NCBI GenBank assembly: GCA_045837725.1
Contig: JBEWZL010000132.1
Location: forward strand, 62,001-126,000
Direction: 5' to 3'
Origin: Vermamoeba vermiformis
Lineage: Eukaryota
DNA: 64,000 nucleotides
Made by a program: the position numbers and the translations under genes. Under the pieces are notes generated by a model. It was not told the origin of the DNA. It worked only from the letters and a program-made list of their open reading frames with translations, and ran no database searches. This document shows, one piece after another, positions 27,606 through 39,982 of this stretch; the stretch's first letter is position 1, and every line of letters starts with the position of its first letter.

Positions 27606-30600
27606 TTAGGAGATCATCAAGTTCCTCCGTTGTCCTCGGACTCTTCCGTAGATCTCGATGTCGCTCAAGCTGATCTCGTACTGCCCACTCGAATTAGGCT
27701 CCAATAATACGATTCTAAATCTATTATATAAAGCTCCTTCGCGAGGGATTTCAACGTCTTTTGTTTTCAGCGGAAAAACTGCTCTCGCAAACTTTGAATT
27801 CAACTGCGTGTTTTTGCGATGCTCGCTCAAAACTTGCCACGTGCTGTTGTTGCGAGAGCCCTAAAACAATCATACGCATTAGCAATGCGATCATAAGCAT
27901 CGTAAGAGAGTGGGTTTGAAGGCTTACTTGGAACGACCACGAAGTTAGGGCGTGTTGGTTGGCCTTGTCTCCATGCGTCAAGCTGTAATGTGTGGGCCAG
28001 ATCTCGAAGCCATTGAGCGCGATAACGATTGCTACTCCACTGCCTGAATTAGTGTAGAAGCATTGTTTGGTCTTTGAAACCAGTGCTGCGCCGTTTGAGC
28101 TGTCAAAAAATCCCATGTTGCAGCTGATCTCGACGAGACCCGAACTCACGGGATTACGATAGATTCTATGTAATATGAGTTATAATAACATATTTAAGAT
28201 GTTGTCTCGCAGCTAGACATACCTAGAGTTAGCACCAGATCCGAGCCACCAAAAAACACCGTGACTGGGAATGTCAATCTTTGAACCTTCCAAGTGAGGC
28301 GAAGGTATTGGTGAGTTATTCGAGCCATTACTATTGCGTTCATCTGCACTGCTGCCCGAGTCACTGTCGTATTCTATGCGGGGGGTCTCAGCCACTTTTA
28401 TCGCTTGTCGCGCACTTGATTCTACCTGCTCGTCATATGTGCATCGACCAATCAGCATTGAGCCTCGTACACGATGACTAGGACACGTTAGCATGATGAT
28501 ATAATAGGGAGTATAGTATTATGCTAACTTACTTGCGAGTTTTTGAAACAAAGTTGATGCCGCCCAACAATCTTTCCGAGTAGATCTTGCCCTTTGTAAC
28601 GAGGTCTTCGGGGGCAATATTCATCGCTACCTGTAGTGTCTCTGGCAAACAGAAGGCCCACCTTACAGTCTCCCATAGTTCTCTGTGCTGCTTCTTGTTC
28701 CATTTGGTAAAGTTACTGCGGATCATGTCGCTCACTACAGACTCCTCGTTATCCTTGTGGTGGTTCTTGTGCTCATTAGCGAACGCATCTCCTAGTGTCT
28801 TAGCGATGGATGGTCCTTCATCAGCTCCATTTGTTCCAAAGAAACTTTCTCGATCCAATTTTTCTTTTGAATTGCTGTTTTTACGCGGCTTTGATGAAGC
28901 TGAAGCCTCGTTAAATTCAATTAAGAACTGTAGTAAATATCAAACTTAGTATCGGTTTCGTATTGGTAAGTAAATTCGACTTACTTTAACGAAGTTATAG
29001 AGTTCATCTTCGTGCTCGATCTGCAGCTTGTCGTTTTTGAGCACCTTGACCAGCATATCGAAGGGTAGTTGCGATATGAGATTGACGTCTTGCTTGAATA
29101 GCGCAAACTCTTCTATAATCACATTTAGCGCCTGGTAAAATAAGCAAATGTTAGCGAATCCATGGTCCTCCAAATTCAGAATAGGAAACGATTTCTCTGG
29201 TGATTATGCATAGACAAACTTAATATTACCTTTGTTTTGACGGTCTTACTGTCGAAGTACAAGGCCAAGTCTACAAAGAGAGGCGCGTTGACCAAGGAAA
29301 TTCTTTCGAGATGTGACGCTATGATCTCAAAATCTTCTTTCGTGAGTATTGACTTAGAGTTTGCAAGGTATTCGCACAAACAACTTTCTATAACTGGTTG
29401 AGATTGCTCTCTGATGACCAAGCTGAATCTGGATTGAACGAGTCAGTTGATTGCACGCACAATAGATTCGTAAGAACGGAAGACCAGTAAATCAATCTTA
29501 TAATTTATCAGATATAAATAGGCGGCTGAATTTACTTAATTTGACGTTTCGATAAACTTTCCATAAAAAGTTTTTGAGCTCGAAACTGCTTTTAATTACG
29601 AAAAAACGCATAATGTCGTCTTATACTATGTAGTCGATTACTTACAAGCTAGGGGGCAATAAACCGATATCTCCGCGGAATTTTTCTAGGTGCAGCTGCA
29701 GGATCCGAACAAGCAGTCCAACAGCTCGTTGTAGCAGCTCATCTCCTTCATCGAACCGATAATCCACTGCTTCGCGAATAATTTTCGACACGAGCTCTTG
29801 CAGCGGTGTTTCCCAAATAAAGGGAGGCTATTCACAAAAGTGGTTAGTAATCTGCCGCGGAGATTATTGTAGCGTGTACAAGTGATGCACTTTGTGTTAA
29901 TGGAGGACCATGTGGAGTAATCTCGTGCATTAAGATAGCCGCATCGGAGCAGTTTTTGAGTAATTTAATAAATTTAAATTTTTATGTTTAAAAATTGATC
30001 CAAATTTGGAAGCAGTTTAATTAAATCGTTAAGTATACTGTATTGTGAAGGTAACACTTATGATGCTATTGTGCTAGTTGACTTACCTCGTGCGAGATAC
30101 AAGGCTTTAGCATTCGTTCCAAAAACTTGACAGCTTTCTTCTTTAAAGCAGCCATTAGGAGCCGATCAGCGATAATAATGATATGCACAACGTTTGCTAG
30201 TGTAATGGTAATATCGCCTAAGTAAGTTAATACCAGTTAGAAGGTTTCAATTTGTGTGCTGTCCCGCTCCGAGTCTCCGTTACCGAGATCGAACCTTTGA
30301 GACGTGAAAACTCGTACTTACCTGTATACATATATTGTAGTATAGCCGGGAATATTTCTTCATCGCCTTTTGAATTTAATTCAAGCTCTACAAAGTTTTT
30401 CTGTGATTCCTACGGGCCGAAGATGTCAGATGTACCCTCAGACATTAATTAGTGGAGACTTTGATACTTACATTGAATGATCCGCTTAATAGGCTCTGAA
30501 AATACTCGCTGAGGTGAGAAATGAACACCTTATGAACGCGGAACTCTTGTCCGGAGAATTTCAACTTAATTGTAAAATCACTGTATTGTCCAGTCTTCAA

Positions 30601-30865
30601 ATATTTAGCAAAGTTTTGAACGAATAATACGCCTAATAATTTCAAATTAATATTAATTAATTTATTGGCAAGAGAATAAATTTTGTTTCCGTTTCAATAT
30701 TGACTTACTTGGTAAATCACCGTTTGAAGCTTGCCTAGTTAATAGTCTACTACTAGAATCTCCAGGGACGCCGGTGGGACTCTTTTTTCGCTCGGATCTT
30801 TCTCCGTTGATCGCGGCCGGATTCAGCTGGCGTTCAACAGAAGCAAGGCTCAAGTTTGTGATCAT
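27606..30865 (-). CDS. BTB/POZ-BACK protein with C-terminal F5/8 type C (galactose-binding-like) domain
   Basis: YSDFTIK..EFRVHKVFISHLSEYFQSLL (BTB); LPFDMLVKVLKNDKLQIEHEDELY (BACK); HGVFWWLG, PTHYSL, RFRIVLLEPN..LSDIEIYG. Confidence 0.82.
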
Positions 30866-31222
30866 TGCCCGTTGACTATGATGCCTTCATTTAAAATATG
30901 GTTCCTCTTGTTGAGTTCCTTCTGTCACGAACAAAAATAATAATAAATTAGTAAACAACGCTTATTTTAGATCGCACCAGGAGATTCACCCACTAAATTA
31001 CGTCTATTTATGGAGCACGCTAAGTGGCGCACCTGTGAAGAGAGTAAACTTCGTAAGAGTACTTCAAAGCGTCATCAATCGTTCGTTGGGTTTGCCTTAA
31101 AAGGAAAGTAGCTTGATTGGCGTTCTGATCTGCTTCTGACCACGTGCTTGTCGGGTATAAAAGATTTTCATTCAGTGTTGATAACTAAAAGATTAATAAC
31201 AATAACAACTACACAAACCATA

Positions 31223-34031
31223 ATGTGTCTCGGAGGTCGGATTAGAGGCAGATGTTGTGAAGGCAACGCAAAAGGCACGAGTGTCATCGTACCTTTAATC
31301 GGTGCCTCTTCAAGCGTCAAAATTTTGGATTTTACAGCTCAAGTTGAATTAAAACAACGCTATGAAAATCAGGTAAGTCTTGAATTCCGATCTGAACGTT
31401 GATAAAATTCAATTAATTAATTATAATTCAGAACGATTTTCCTCTTGAGGCAGTTTACGAGTTTCCATTGCCCGAGTCAGCAGCTGTAACCTCGTTCATT
31501 ATTGAAATTGATGGCAAAACGATCCACAGCAAGATCTTAGAGAAAGAAACTGCTAGAGAAAAGTACGACGATGCTATTGCTAGTGGCCATGGTAAGCATA
31601 CTTAGATCTTTATAAAAAAATACTGACTTTGGCTAGGCGCTTATTTAATGGAAGAAAACAGATCTGGAGCCTTCACCACATCGATTGGCAATCTTCCTCC
31701 AGGAAAAGAAGTATTAATTACTATTGTTTACGTTCAAGAGCTCGAATTTAAAGATGGTCAATTGCAATTCACCATGCCGACCACCGAATTTGCGCCTAAC
31801 GGGCAAGGAGAGACCGCACAATTTACGCGGTCTAAGTCCAATGAATACGAGAAGGTAGTGCCATATGGAGTTAGGGTAAGTCTTATTGATTTTCATGCAC
31901 GTCATGTTGCGGATCAGATCCGTCTTTTGACCCCTTTAACACGATCAACTAACATGATTTTTCAGATTAATGCTGAAGTACTAGCCTCTTCGCGCTTAGT
32001 ATCGGTTATATCACCCAGTCATAATACAACTACAGTACAGTCGGGCTATCAAGGGCATTACAAGGCCTTGGCCAGCATCGCTCAAACTGACGGATCCCCT
32101 CTGACCGAAGATTGGGTGCTGCAAGTTGGATTGGCCCAACGTCACGCTCCTGTTGCTAAAGTGCAAAAATACAACGATTCTTATGTGACCATGGTAGCTT
32201 TGCACCCTGAAATGGACGAAGAACAAGTTAACTCCGAAATCATTTTCGTTGTTGACAGATCTGGCTCGATGGCTGGCAGCAAAATGAATTCAGGTACGAA
32301 TATTACGATATATATTCATATTTTACTGATATTATTAATATCAGTACGCCAAACTTTGGAATTCTTTTTAAGATCCTTGCCCGAAGGAACCATGTTCAAC
32401 ATTGTTAGTAAGTAGTGCAAAGAATGACCGAAAGACATTTTATTAATTTTATTATGCTCGTAGGCTTCGGTGATAAGTATACCAAGCTGTTCCCTAAATC
32501 AGTCGAGTACAACAAGAACAATTTTGACAAGGCATTGACACTCGTTCGTGGCATGAACGCGGACATGGGCGGCACTGAAATTGACAAGCCAATGCTCGCT
32601 ATATTCAACGAATCTGCAATTGAAGGCGTGCCCCGTCAAGTGTTCTTATTGACGGACGGAGAAGTCTCCAACAGGGCCAAGTGCATTGAGATCTGCAAAC
32701 AACACGCCAAGAAGACACGTGTTTTTACATTTGGCATCGGAAGTGGCGCCGACAAGGCCCTGGTGAAGGGCATGGCTGAAGCAGCGAATGGCAACTTTGA
32801 GTTCATTAAGGACAACGAGAATATGGACGAGAAAGTGCTGCGTCAGCTCGGACGTGCGTTGAAGCCTGCCTTTGTGGACTTGTCGCTCGATTGGGGCAAG
32901 GACTTGACACCTGTCATTACACAGACACCTCACCACTGTCCTCCTCTCTTCAGTGGCGGTACTATTGTCTTCTACGGATTCGCTCCGAAAGGCATTAGTG
33001 GCACGCACAACGTCACTTTGCATGCCAAGACATCAACGGGCCCTTTCTCAACCACAGTCGCTGTGAACTTTGATCAAGCAATTGAGGGCGATGCCATCGT
33101 CAAACTTGCTGCTCGATCGTTGATTCGTGACTTGCAAGACAGCCGCAGTTACATGCACAACGACCAGTGTCAACTGTTGCCCAAGTACACCGCTCAAAAT
33201 GTCACGGACACTATCATCAAGACCTCGCTCGAACACCAAGGTACGTAACATTACTAGCCTTTAAATTATAGTATTCTAATACTGTTTTTGTTAGTGATGT
33301 CGAAACACACGTCATTTTTGGCCGTTGAAAAGCGAAAAGAGGCCACGCAAGGCACCATGAAGACGTACGACTCTCAGCGCAGAGGATCACTCGTCAACAG
33401 TCAGAGCTACAGCGATAGTGACAACGATGACCTCTTCGACGACGATGAAGATGCGTCGTCTGGATCTCAAAGTGAAGATGAAATGGACTTTGAAGAAGAA
33501 GAGGCAGAAGGTGCCATGGATATTGACATTTTGATGGATTTTGATGAAAGAGAAGTCGTCAATTCATCAGCCAGCTTCTCGTCTGGAATTAAACGGAAGA
33601 GAAACGCACCTATAATGATGATAGAAGAAGAAATGGACAATAAGAAAAATTCACTTTCGATGGCACGTGATACAAGCAGCGGTTCAGTGAACAGCAATAA
33701 TAACAACAGCAACGATACCAATACTGTCCGTAATGTGATGAAACAACAAGATTTCAGCGGATCATTTTCACTGAACGCGTTGCAAATGGTCGTGCCGTCG
33801 GTCAAGTCGGATCTGATCGCCAAATTCGTCAAAGATCATTCACTGAAAAACGAAGCAGCGGTCATCACGCTATTCGTTGCCGTTGTTTTCGAGTTAAAAT
33901 TCGCAGCTCAAAAGAGCGTTTGGGACTTGGTCATGAAGAAGGCTAAGCAATGGGCCAAGAAACAACTTGGTGTAGCGGATCTGACCGGCATTGAGACTGA
34001 AGCCAAGAACGTGTTGCAGCCTTTATTGTAA
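31223..34031 (+). CDS. VIT + von Willebrand factor A domain protein (VWA5A-like)
   Basis: LEAVYEFPLP, FTTSIGNLPPG, FVVDRSGSM (MIDAS), ADMGGTEI, VFLLTDGEV, RVFTFGIG, SKHTSFLAVE. Confidence 0.9.
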
Positions 34032-34216
34032 ATACAAATAATAAACTATAGTGTTTTAAATAATGAGGCTCTAATTAGTTCGATTGTACCGATGCATCAT
34101 GGTTTACTAACAATTTGAGAATCTCGATGCGCTGAACATTACAGAAAGTACTATAGTATCCTTTAGACGTCGTTTTACTTTATATAAATACGTTCTAAAT
34201 AACCAATAAGTCTTGT

Positions 34217-34639
34217 TTAATTCATAATGAAATTGTAAAACTCTCTGCTGGGTTTGACGTTGTGAACTTGGATGTAGTGTTCGTATCCTTCAGGCCAGTG
34301 AATGACATCGCCATTTGCTGCGACCATTTTATATTCAGAAGCACCGTTGTTTTTTACAACGAAATTATAACCCGGCTCCGGTGCGCATCCGTTCTTTCCA
34401 ACTAATCTGCAGTGGGAGTAACCTCTGTATGAAATCACTTCAGCCTTTTCTTGTTTAGCTCTTAATTTTGTCAAGAATTCTTCCTTTCCAGGCCAAGGAG
34501 TGTCACTTCCAACTGGAAAAGGGAACGGAGAAGCCTTGTCTTCTTCGGATGAGCCTGACCAATAACCTTCGTACTTCTTACCTCCGTCAATGCTGATATT
34601 TTCGCGATCAAAAGTAAGTGATGATTGAAATACACCCAT
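34217..34639 (-). CDS. Small intronless conserved hypothetical protein
   Basis: EGYW, YRGYSHCR, NGASEY and WPEGYEHYIQVHNVKPS motifs; ATG at 34639. Confidence 0.7.
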   Translation of the reverse strand: MGVFQSSLTFDRENISIDGGKKYEGYWSGSSEEDKASPFPFPVGSDTPWPGKEEFLTKLRAKQEKAEVISYRGYSHCRLVGKNGCAPEPGYNFVVKNNGASEYKMVAANGDVIHWPEGYEHYIQVHNVKPSREFYNFIMN

Positions 34640-35132
34640 CGTTTGTTGTTGTTCTTTGCTCTGTGATTTGAAAATGATTCGAAAAATTGATTGGATTCGC
34701 TTAAATAGTTGGCAACTGGACCACCAGTCACATGCCTGGTCACTTCCTATAAACATCTATTTCAATTAATACCATTCTCACGGTTGCACATTTACCTACA
34801 ATTCAAACAAATTAAATATAATGCCCGACAACAACGGGGTAGTTTCCACCAGCGGCTTTTTTTCGGACAAGTTGAACGAGGCCAACACCACCAATGCTAC
34901 GGCCCACGCACCGGTTATCAAGAATGATTGCCATACGTACCTGAAGTATCTCTAGTATGCATTTTCGTTGCAAAGTAGAAGCGTTCGTTGGTCAACATCT
35001 GCTTCGACAACCAAATTCTAATTTTCATTAACTAGTCATTTATCCACGGAATTCGTACCAGTAAAAATTATTATGTGTTAAATTTAATATTATTATACGA
35101 ATAAGTATGACTGTTTATTTGCAGCAAAGACT

Positions 35133-36593
35133 TTAAAATTTGTAAACATTCACTGAATACAATCGAGTCATGCGCTGCTTCAACGACTCTGCATCAAACT
35201 CTAGTTTAGGCAACGGGCCACTGAGAGAGAGCGTGCGCAATGAGGTCAAAAGTGTCAAAGTGACACCTGTCAAAGTGTCACTTGGCCAGGAGAGGTGCAG
35301 ACACCCTAAATTAGTCAAACTGGTCAGCCGAAGAATTGTACTGTCTGTCACATTGATGCAACTGCTGAGGCCGATCTCTTTGAGTGCTGTCATATGTGAA
35401 ATTTCTTCCAAGAATTTTTCACTGAATAGCCAACGACAATTCAACTTTGTCCAAGGCAAGTGTCTAATGCTAATACTTTCATCAAAGGATAAATAATTAT
35501 AACTCAATTCTTCGAGTACTGTCAACTTTTCAACGTGTAAAATGTTTTTGGGCTGATCTGGGACTCTAATTTTCAAACTTCGTAGATTGGGTAAGCTAGT
35601 AATGCTTGCAAATAGGTCTTCATGACCCTCAAACATTTGTAATCGTGTCAATGCTGTGAATTCTCGGAGAATTTCATAGCTGTTCGGAGTTATACGATCT
35701 AGTTCGAGTACTTGCAGACTACTGCTTAATTGGGTAATGTTATTCAAGTCATGACGGCCTATCACATCCAATGCGGTAAATTTCTTCGAATTTATCAAAT
35801 TTAAAGCTTCATGCCATTGATCGTCATTGTTTTGTTGAGAAAATCTAAAATATTCCAGATTTGTCAGTGCCGTCAAAAACTGCAGAGCAGCAGGGCCGTC
35901 AATACAACCCTTGATTTGCATACTTAATATTCTTAATTTTGTTAATGTCGCTAATGACTGGCTATCGACCGTTGAGCATTCCAAAAACAAGTTTGTTAAG
36001 TTTTTAAATGCCGAGCTATCAATGTCATCTTTCCAAAGCAAATTTAAAGACTCTAAATTAGGCAAGTGAGGGAGTGGTCCGTTAAAGTTGAAGTTGCCCA
36101 AATCTAACTTTTTTAGGTTTGTAAATCTGGTAAAGTAACTTGGATCCAAGGTAGAATTTGGAGTATATAATGACAAATACGTGGTATTAGGAAAGTGGTG
36201 CATAAGTTCGTCAGGTACGTCCACAATCTCTTTCAAATTCGTCAAATTTGTCAACGGATGCAGCTGCTCGATTGGTAGTGGTTTGCGCTTGATTGACAAC
36301 GGCGGCTGAAGGCCATTTAATTTTGTTAATTGAGTCAATTGTCCTAATTCTTCGTGGATTTTTGTCGTTATAGTGAACATTGGGTAAATAAACTCGAGCC
36401 CGATCGGAAACGAATATTTTTTGAGTCTTTTGAGGAGCAGATCCAGCTGTTGATCGGTCGTATAATAGACTGCAAAGTCATCGTATTGTATTATATTGAA
36501 CCATCGCGAGTTTGCAAGCCTCATCCTGCGACGTGAACTGACATCCAGATACGAGCCGATTATAGGCAATAATTCAGACGGTAGAGAGTCCAT
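35133..36593 (-). CDS. F-box + leucine-rich repeat protein (intronless)
   Basis: MDSLPSELLPIIGSYL F-box; many LTxLxxLxL repeats. Confidence 0.88.
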   Translation of the reverse strand: MDSLPSELLPIIGSYLDVSSRRRMRLANSRWFNIIQYDDFAVYYTTDQQLDLLLKRLKKYSFPIGLEFIYPMFTITTKIHEELGQLTQLTKLNGLQPPLSIKRKPLPIEQLHPLTNLTNLKEIVDVPDELMHHFPNTTYLSLYTPNSTLDPSYFTRFTNLKKLDLGNFNFNGPLPHLPNLESLNLLWKDDIDSSAFKNLTNLFLECSTVDSQSLATLTKLRILSMQIKGCIDGPAALQFLTALTNLEYFRFSQQNNDDQWHEALNLINSKKFTALDVIGRHDLNNITQLSSSLQVLELDRITPNSYEILREFTALTRLQMFEGHEDLFASITSLPNLRSLKIRVPDQPKNILHVEKLTVLEELSYNYLSFDESISIRHLPWTKLNCRWLFSEKFLEEISHMTALKEIGLSSCINVTDSTILRLTSLTNLGCLHLSWPSDTLTGVTLTLLTSLRTLSLSGPLPKLEFDAESLKQRMTRLYSVNVYKF

Positions 36594-37270
36594 TAGAATC
36601 TATTAAAATACAAATTAATTTAAGAAATACCTAATTAATTATTATAATTAACTGTTGGTCAGTAATTATTCATAAATAATAGTATTATGCTGCAGATATT
36701 TTTGTTTTGAATCGAATCTTAATGGGCAAATTCGTTCTGGATTCGTGTAATTAATGCCGCAGTATTATTTATCAACTATATTAGGTGTTAATTACCTCTA
36801 TGTGTTTCAGGTCCGGTGATGTTCACTGGTTGGGACATCAAATAAAAACAAACCTCAGTGTATCCCGCTGTATTGATCCCAGCACCAACAACGGCCCAAA
36901 TATATATAAAAATAAACAATAAGAAGGGAATCCAAATGCTATAACACTAAGGAAGCATGTAGATGCAGCCACGCAAACAAGTACGGAAAGAGAGGGCGCT
37001 GGATAATTAATGGTCAGCTAATGTATAGAAATATAAATTGTAACAACGCGGAGGCTGCAGTACTCACGGTAAGCGTTTTTAAATGGTAGCATGTAATTTG
37101 TTTTTCGGATGTCGGTACAATGTAGCGCAAAATTTCATTTAAATTTAAAATAATATAGTACAAGTACAAGTATCAATAACGGCAAAATTAGAATCTAACA
37201 GACAAAGCGGATCGACCAAAAAATTGGCTGTTGCATCTTTTTCTTCGTTACGTGCTCTTAAATATGAAGC

Positions 37271-38301
37271 TTATTGTTGAATCATATCCTTATTAGGTTC
37301 AGATCCTTTAGGTAGATATCTTCGGCGAGCGTTAATGAACCTAATTAAAAATTAACTTGTCAGATTTGTCGCCGTGAAACCGAAACGTCGAAATTTAAGC
37401 TTATCGAAACGATTTCGAAATATGATTAAGATACGGTGACGTACCAATTATTAATTTGCTTAAGATTCATGCCAGTCTTCTCCATCATATCGACTTTTTC
37501 TTGTTCGGTTGGATACGGATGGTGCGAGTGCTCTTTAATCCCTAATGAGCACGTCAAAGCATTAGCAATGCATTATAGTACATATATTATACATACATCG
37601 CTTTAATAGGCCTGTTGACTGCGAAGGAAGTCTTCGGCCGGATCTTTGTCGCCGATTGCGCGGAGAAGTGCTCGGTGAATCCGTCCAATCGTCACTCGGA
37701 TCGAGCGAAGGACTAGGAAAGTCATTTTTAGGTGAGTCTAGTGAGTCAGAAAGCTTTGATTCATTCATTCCTAAAAGTGTCTGAGTAAATCCGGTTATGA
37801 ACTTGTGCAGCTCCTCTTGTTCGCGGATACCCGCAGCAACAACGTCTTGAAAACTATTCATAAATTCTTGTCTAGAGGTAATACAGCGGTAAGTATAATT
37901 GTTTCCGATAATTAAATAATTATTATTTCGAATTACGATAAAATATTTTCTGCTTACAATTCTGGTTCGTTAGCAACGCTTTGAATCATTTGATTTAAAT
38001 GCAATGTATTTCCGTGGTGCGTAGGACCTTGAAAATGATGAATAGGGTCCAGGCTGTAGCATTCTGCTCTCAATACTAAATCCAATAATTGCCCCAACTG
38101 CATCTCGACGTTCGAAACATTAAGCGTATTATGTTGTTGATGATGGTTGTTATTTTCAACGGGTTCAGAAGGGTAATGGTGCGTTGCTGGGGCTGTATTT
38201 GACGGCGCTGGATGCGCGCTCCATATAAATTGAGCCGAGTCGTTGATTACGTCTTGTAATGACGGTGGTGGCATGCCATTGAAGGGCAACATATGCGACA
38301 T
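37271..38301 (-). CDS. TALE-class homeobox transcription factor
   Basis: Spliced RRLPSQSTGLLKR|WIKEHSHHPYPTEQEK..TGMNLKQINN|WFINARRR; PYP three-amino-acid loop extension. Confidence 0.92.
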
Positions 38302-39047
38302 AGTGCGAGTAATATAATGGCACTAGTTGTGGATGTAATTGACGTGCTAAAAGCGAAAAAAGGTCGTGTAAGACTCACCTGTCAAAAGTTTGACGTTTGA
38401 TGACACGAGAACGAATGAGATTTTTGTTCGGGGCACTTGTAATAATCAAATTATAATGCACATATATCGAGTATAATATTGTTTGTGCTATTGTAGTGTC
38501 GGAAAGTCATAATTAATGGATAATCTTGCGGATGGTGATCCACGCAAATCTGCTGCTTTTGGTGGATATAATTATGATTAATTATCTCATACTATTATAC
38601 GACAATAAATGAAAATATTGATGACAAACTACGTGTCGAACTTTCGTTACAAGGTCGATCTACTCTTGGTCTAACACTAAACGAAGTAGAACGAGGAAAA
38701 GATGACGAGTTGTAAGTTATATAGAGGACTATAATTATAGGCGCAATGAGTTGAGGTCTTTGCCTGCTGGTTGCAAGAATTTTATTTAACTCGATCATAA
38801 CTGTCCTCGACCATATTTTAATTGATTAGCAGCAATGGATTATTCCCTGCAAGCAATAAAATAACGTAGAATTCGATGGAAGAAAGAAATTCTATTGGCT
38901 GGAAAGTAGATTTGTGGAGGCGAATTGGAGTGGAACAATAGTTTCATGAAATTTTGGGTGCAGTAAAAAGGAATTAATACTCCCGTTGCGGTTGTATTCT
39001 TTTTTGCTTGCAATAGAACAACACAACGCATCCACTAAATTCGGATA

Positions 39048-39859
39048 ATGGCCTCAAAAATTACGGCGGTACTCCTTCTTTGTTGCTTCTTTATTGCATG
39101 TAAGTAATCCACGTAATATTATTTTTTAGGAAATTAATTGATTTGTTTCGAATTACAGCCAGATCTCAAACGTGCCAGTCGGATACCTTTATAGTGTCCA
39201 ATGGCCAAGTCGATTACCTCAAAATAGATAAAACTGGTGTCTATGGATGCAGTGACATGCGAAACCTTTGCAGTCAAAAAGCTACAGTCGATCTGACCCT
39301 CAGTGCGGATGGAACGCTGGCTACATCCACAGGCGGCAGCTCAGTGCAACTACCGGACAACTCTGCCACTAACGAGCTACAAGAACTTTCCTTATCTGGC
39401 AATCAACTATCGATTAGCGGAAAGAATACAGTTGCTTTGCCAATGCTCTCGGATTGGATCACGGTTTATCCAACCAAAGTGGATTCGACAACCGCACCAA
39501 CCCAAAAGCAGTTTACTTTTCTAGCGCAAGGTCTCAAGAGCGGCACTGCACTATCATTTGACTTAACTACCGCCAGCGTCGTCATCAACAAAAGTGGAAC
39601 GTATCTGGCCACTTTGACCGTTACGCACTGGTCAGATCCGAACGCCATGATAGTCCAAAGCGCGTTGAAGAAGCAAGACAACAGCTACGTGGTCGTTGTT
39701 ACTTCCTCGCAGACTACAGGCTTGCAAGTGTCCAGTACGCAGATCGTGCATCTGAATGCAGGCGACACTTTGCGATGGTTCATTTCTGGTGGTAATGTCG
39801 CAGTTGGCGATGCATCTAATGCTTCAGGAATTAATATTTTGTTATTGCGCGAGGACTAA
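39048..39859 (+). CDS. Secreted protein with C-terminal C1q/TNF-like jelly-roll domain
   Basis: Signal peptide MASKITAVLLLCCFFIA; INKSGTYLATLTV and IVHLNAGDTL motifs. Confidence 0.65.
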
Positions 39860-39982
39860 GCGACGAAATAAAATTGATAGAAACTTTACATCATCGGTTT
39901 CGCTGCTTTTTTCAACGCACGCACAGCTGTATATACTGTAAATAGCTGTATATATATAATCATATGCATTGATAATATCACA

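Noticed and set aside
34821-35023. Short plus-strand peptide gene MPDNNGVVST...
   Set aside because: Plausible start context, but the splice model and product cannot be supported
38377-38406. TGACAGGT TALE binding site upstream of the homeobox gene (autoregulation)
   Set aside because: Single short site that could equally be a 5' UTR splice donor (CAG/GTGAGT); not distinguishable from chance
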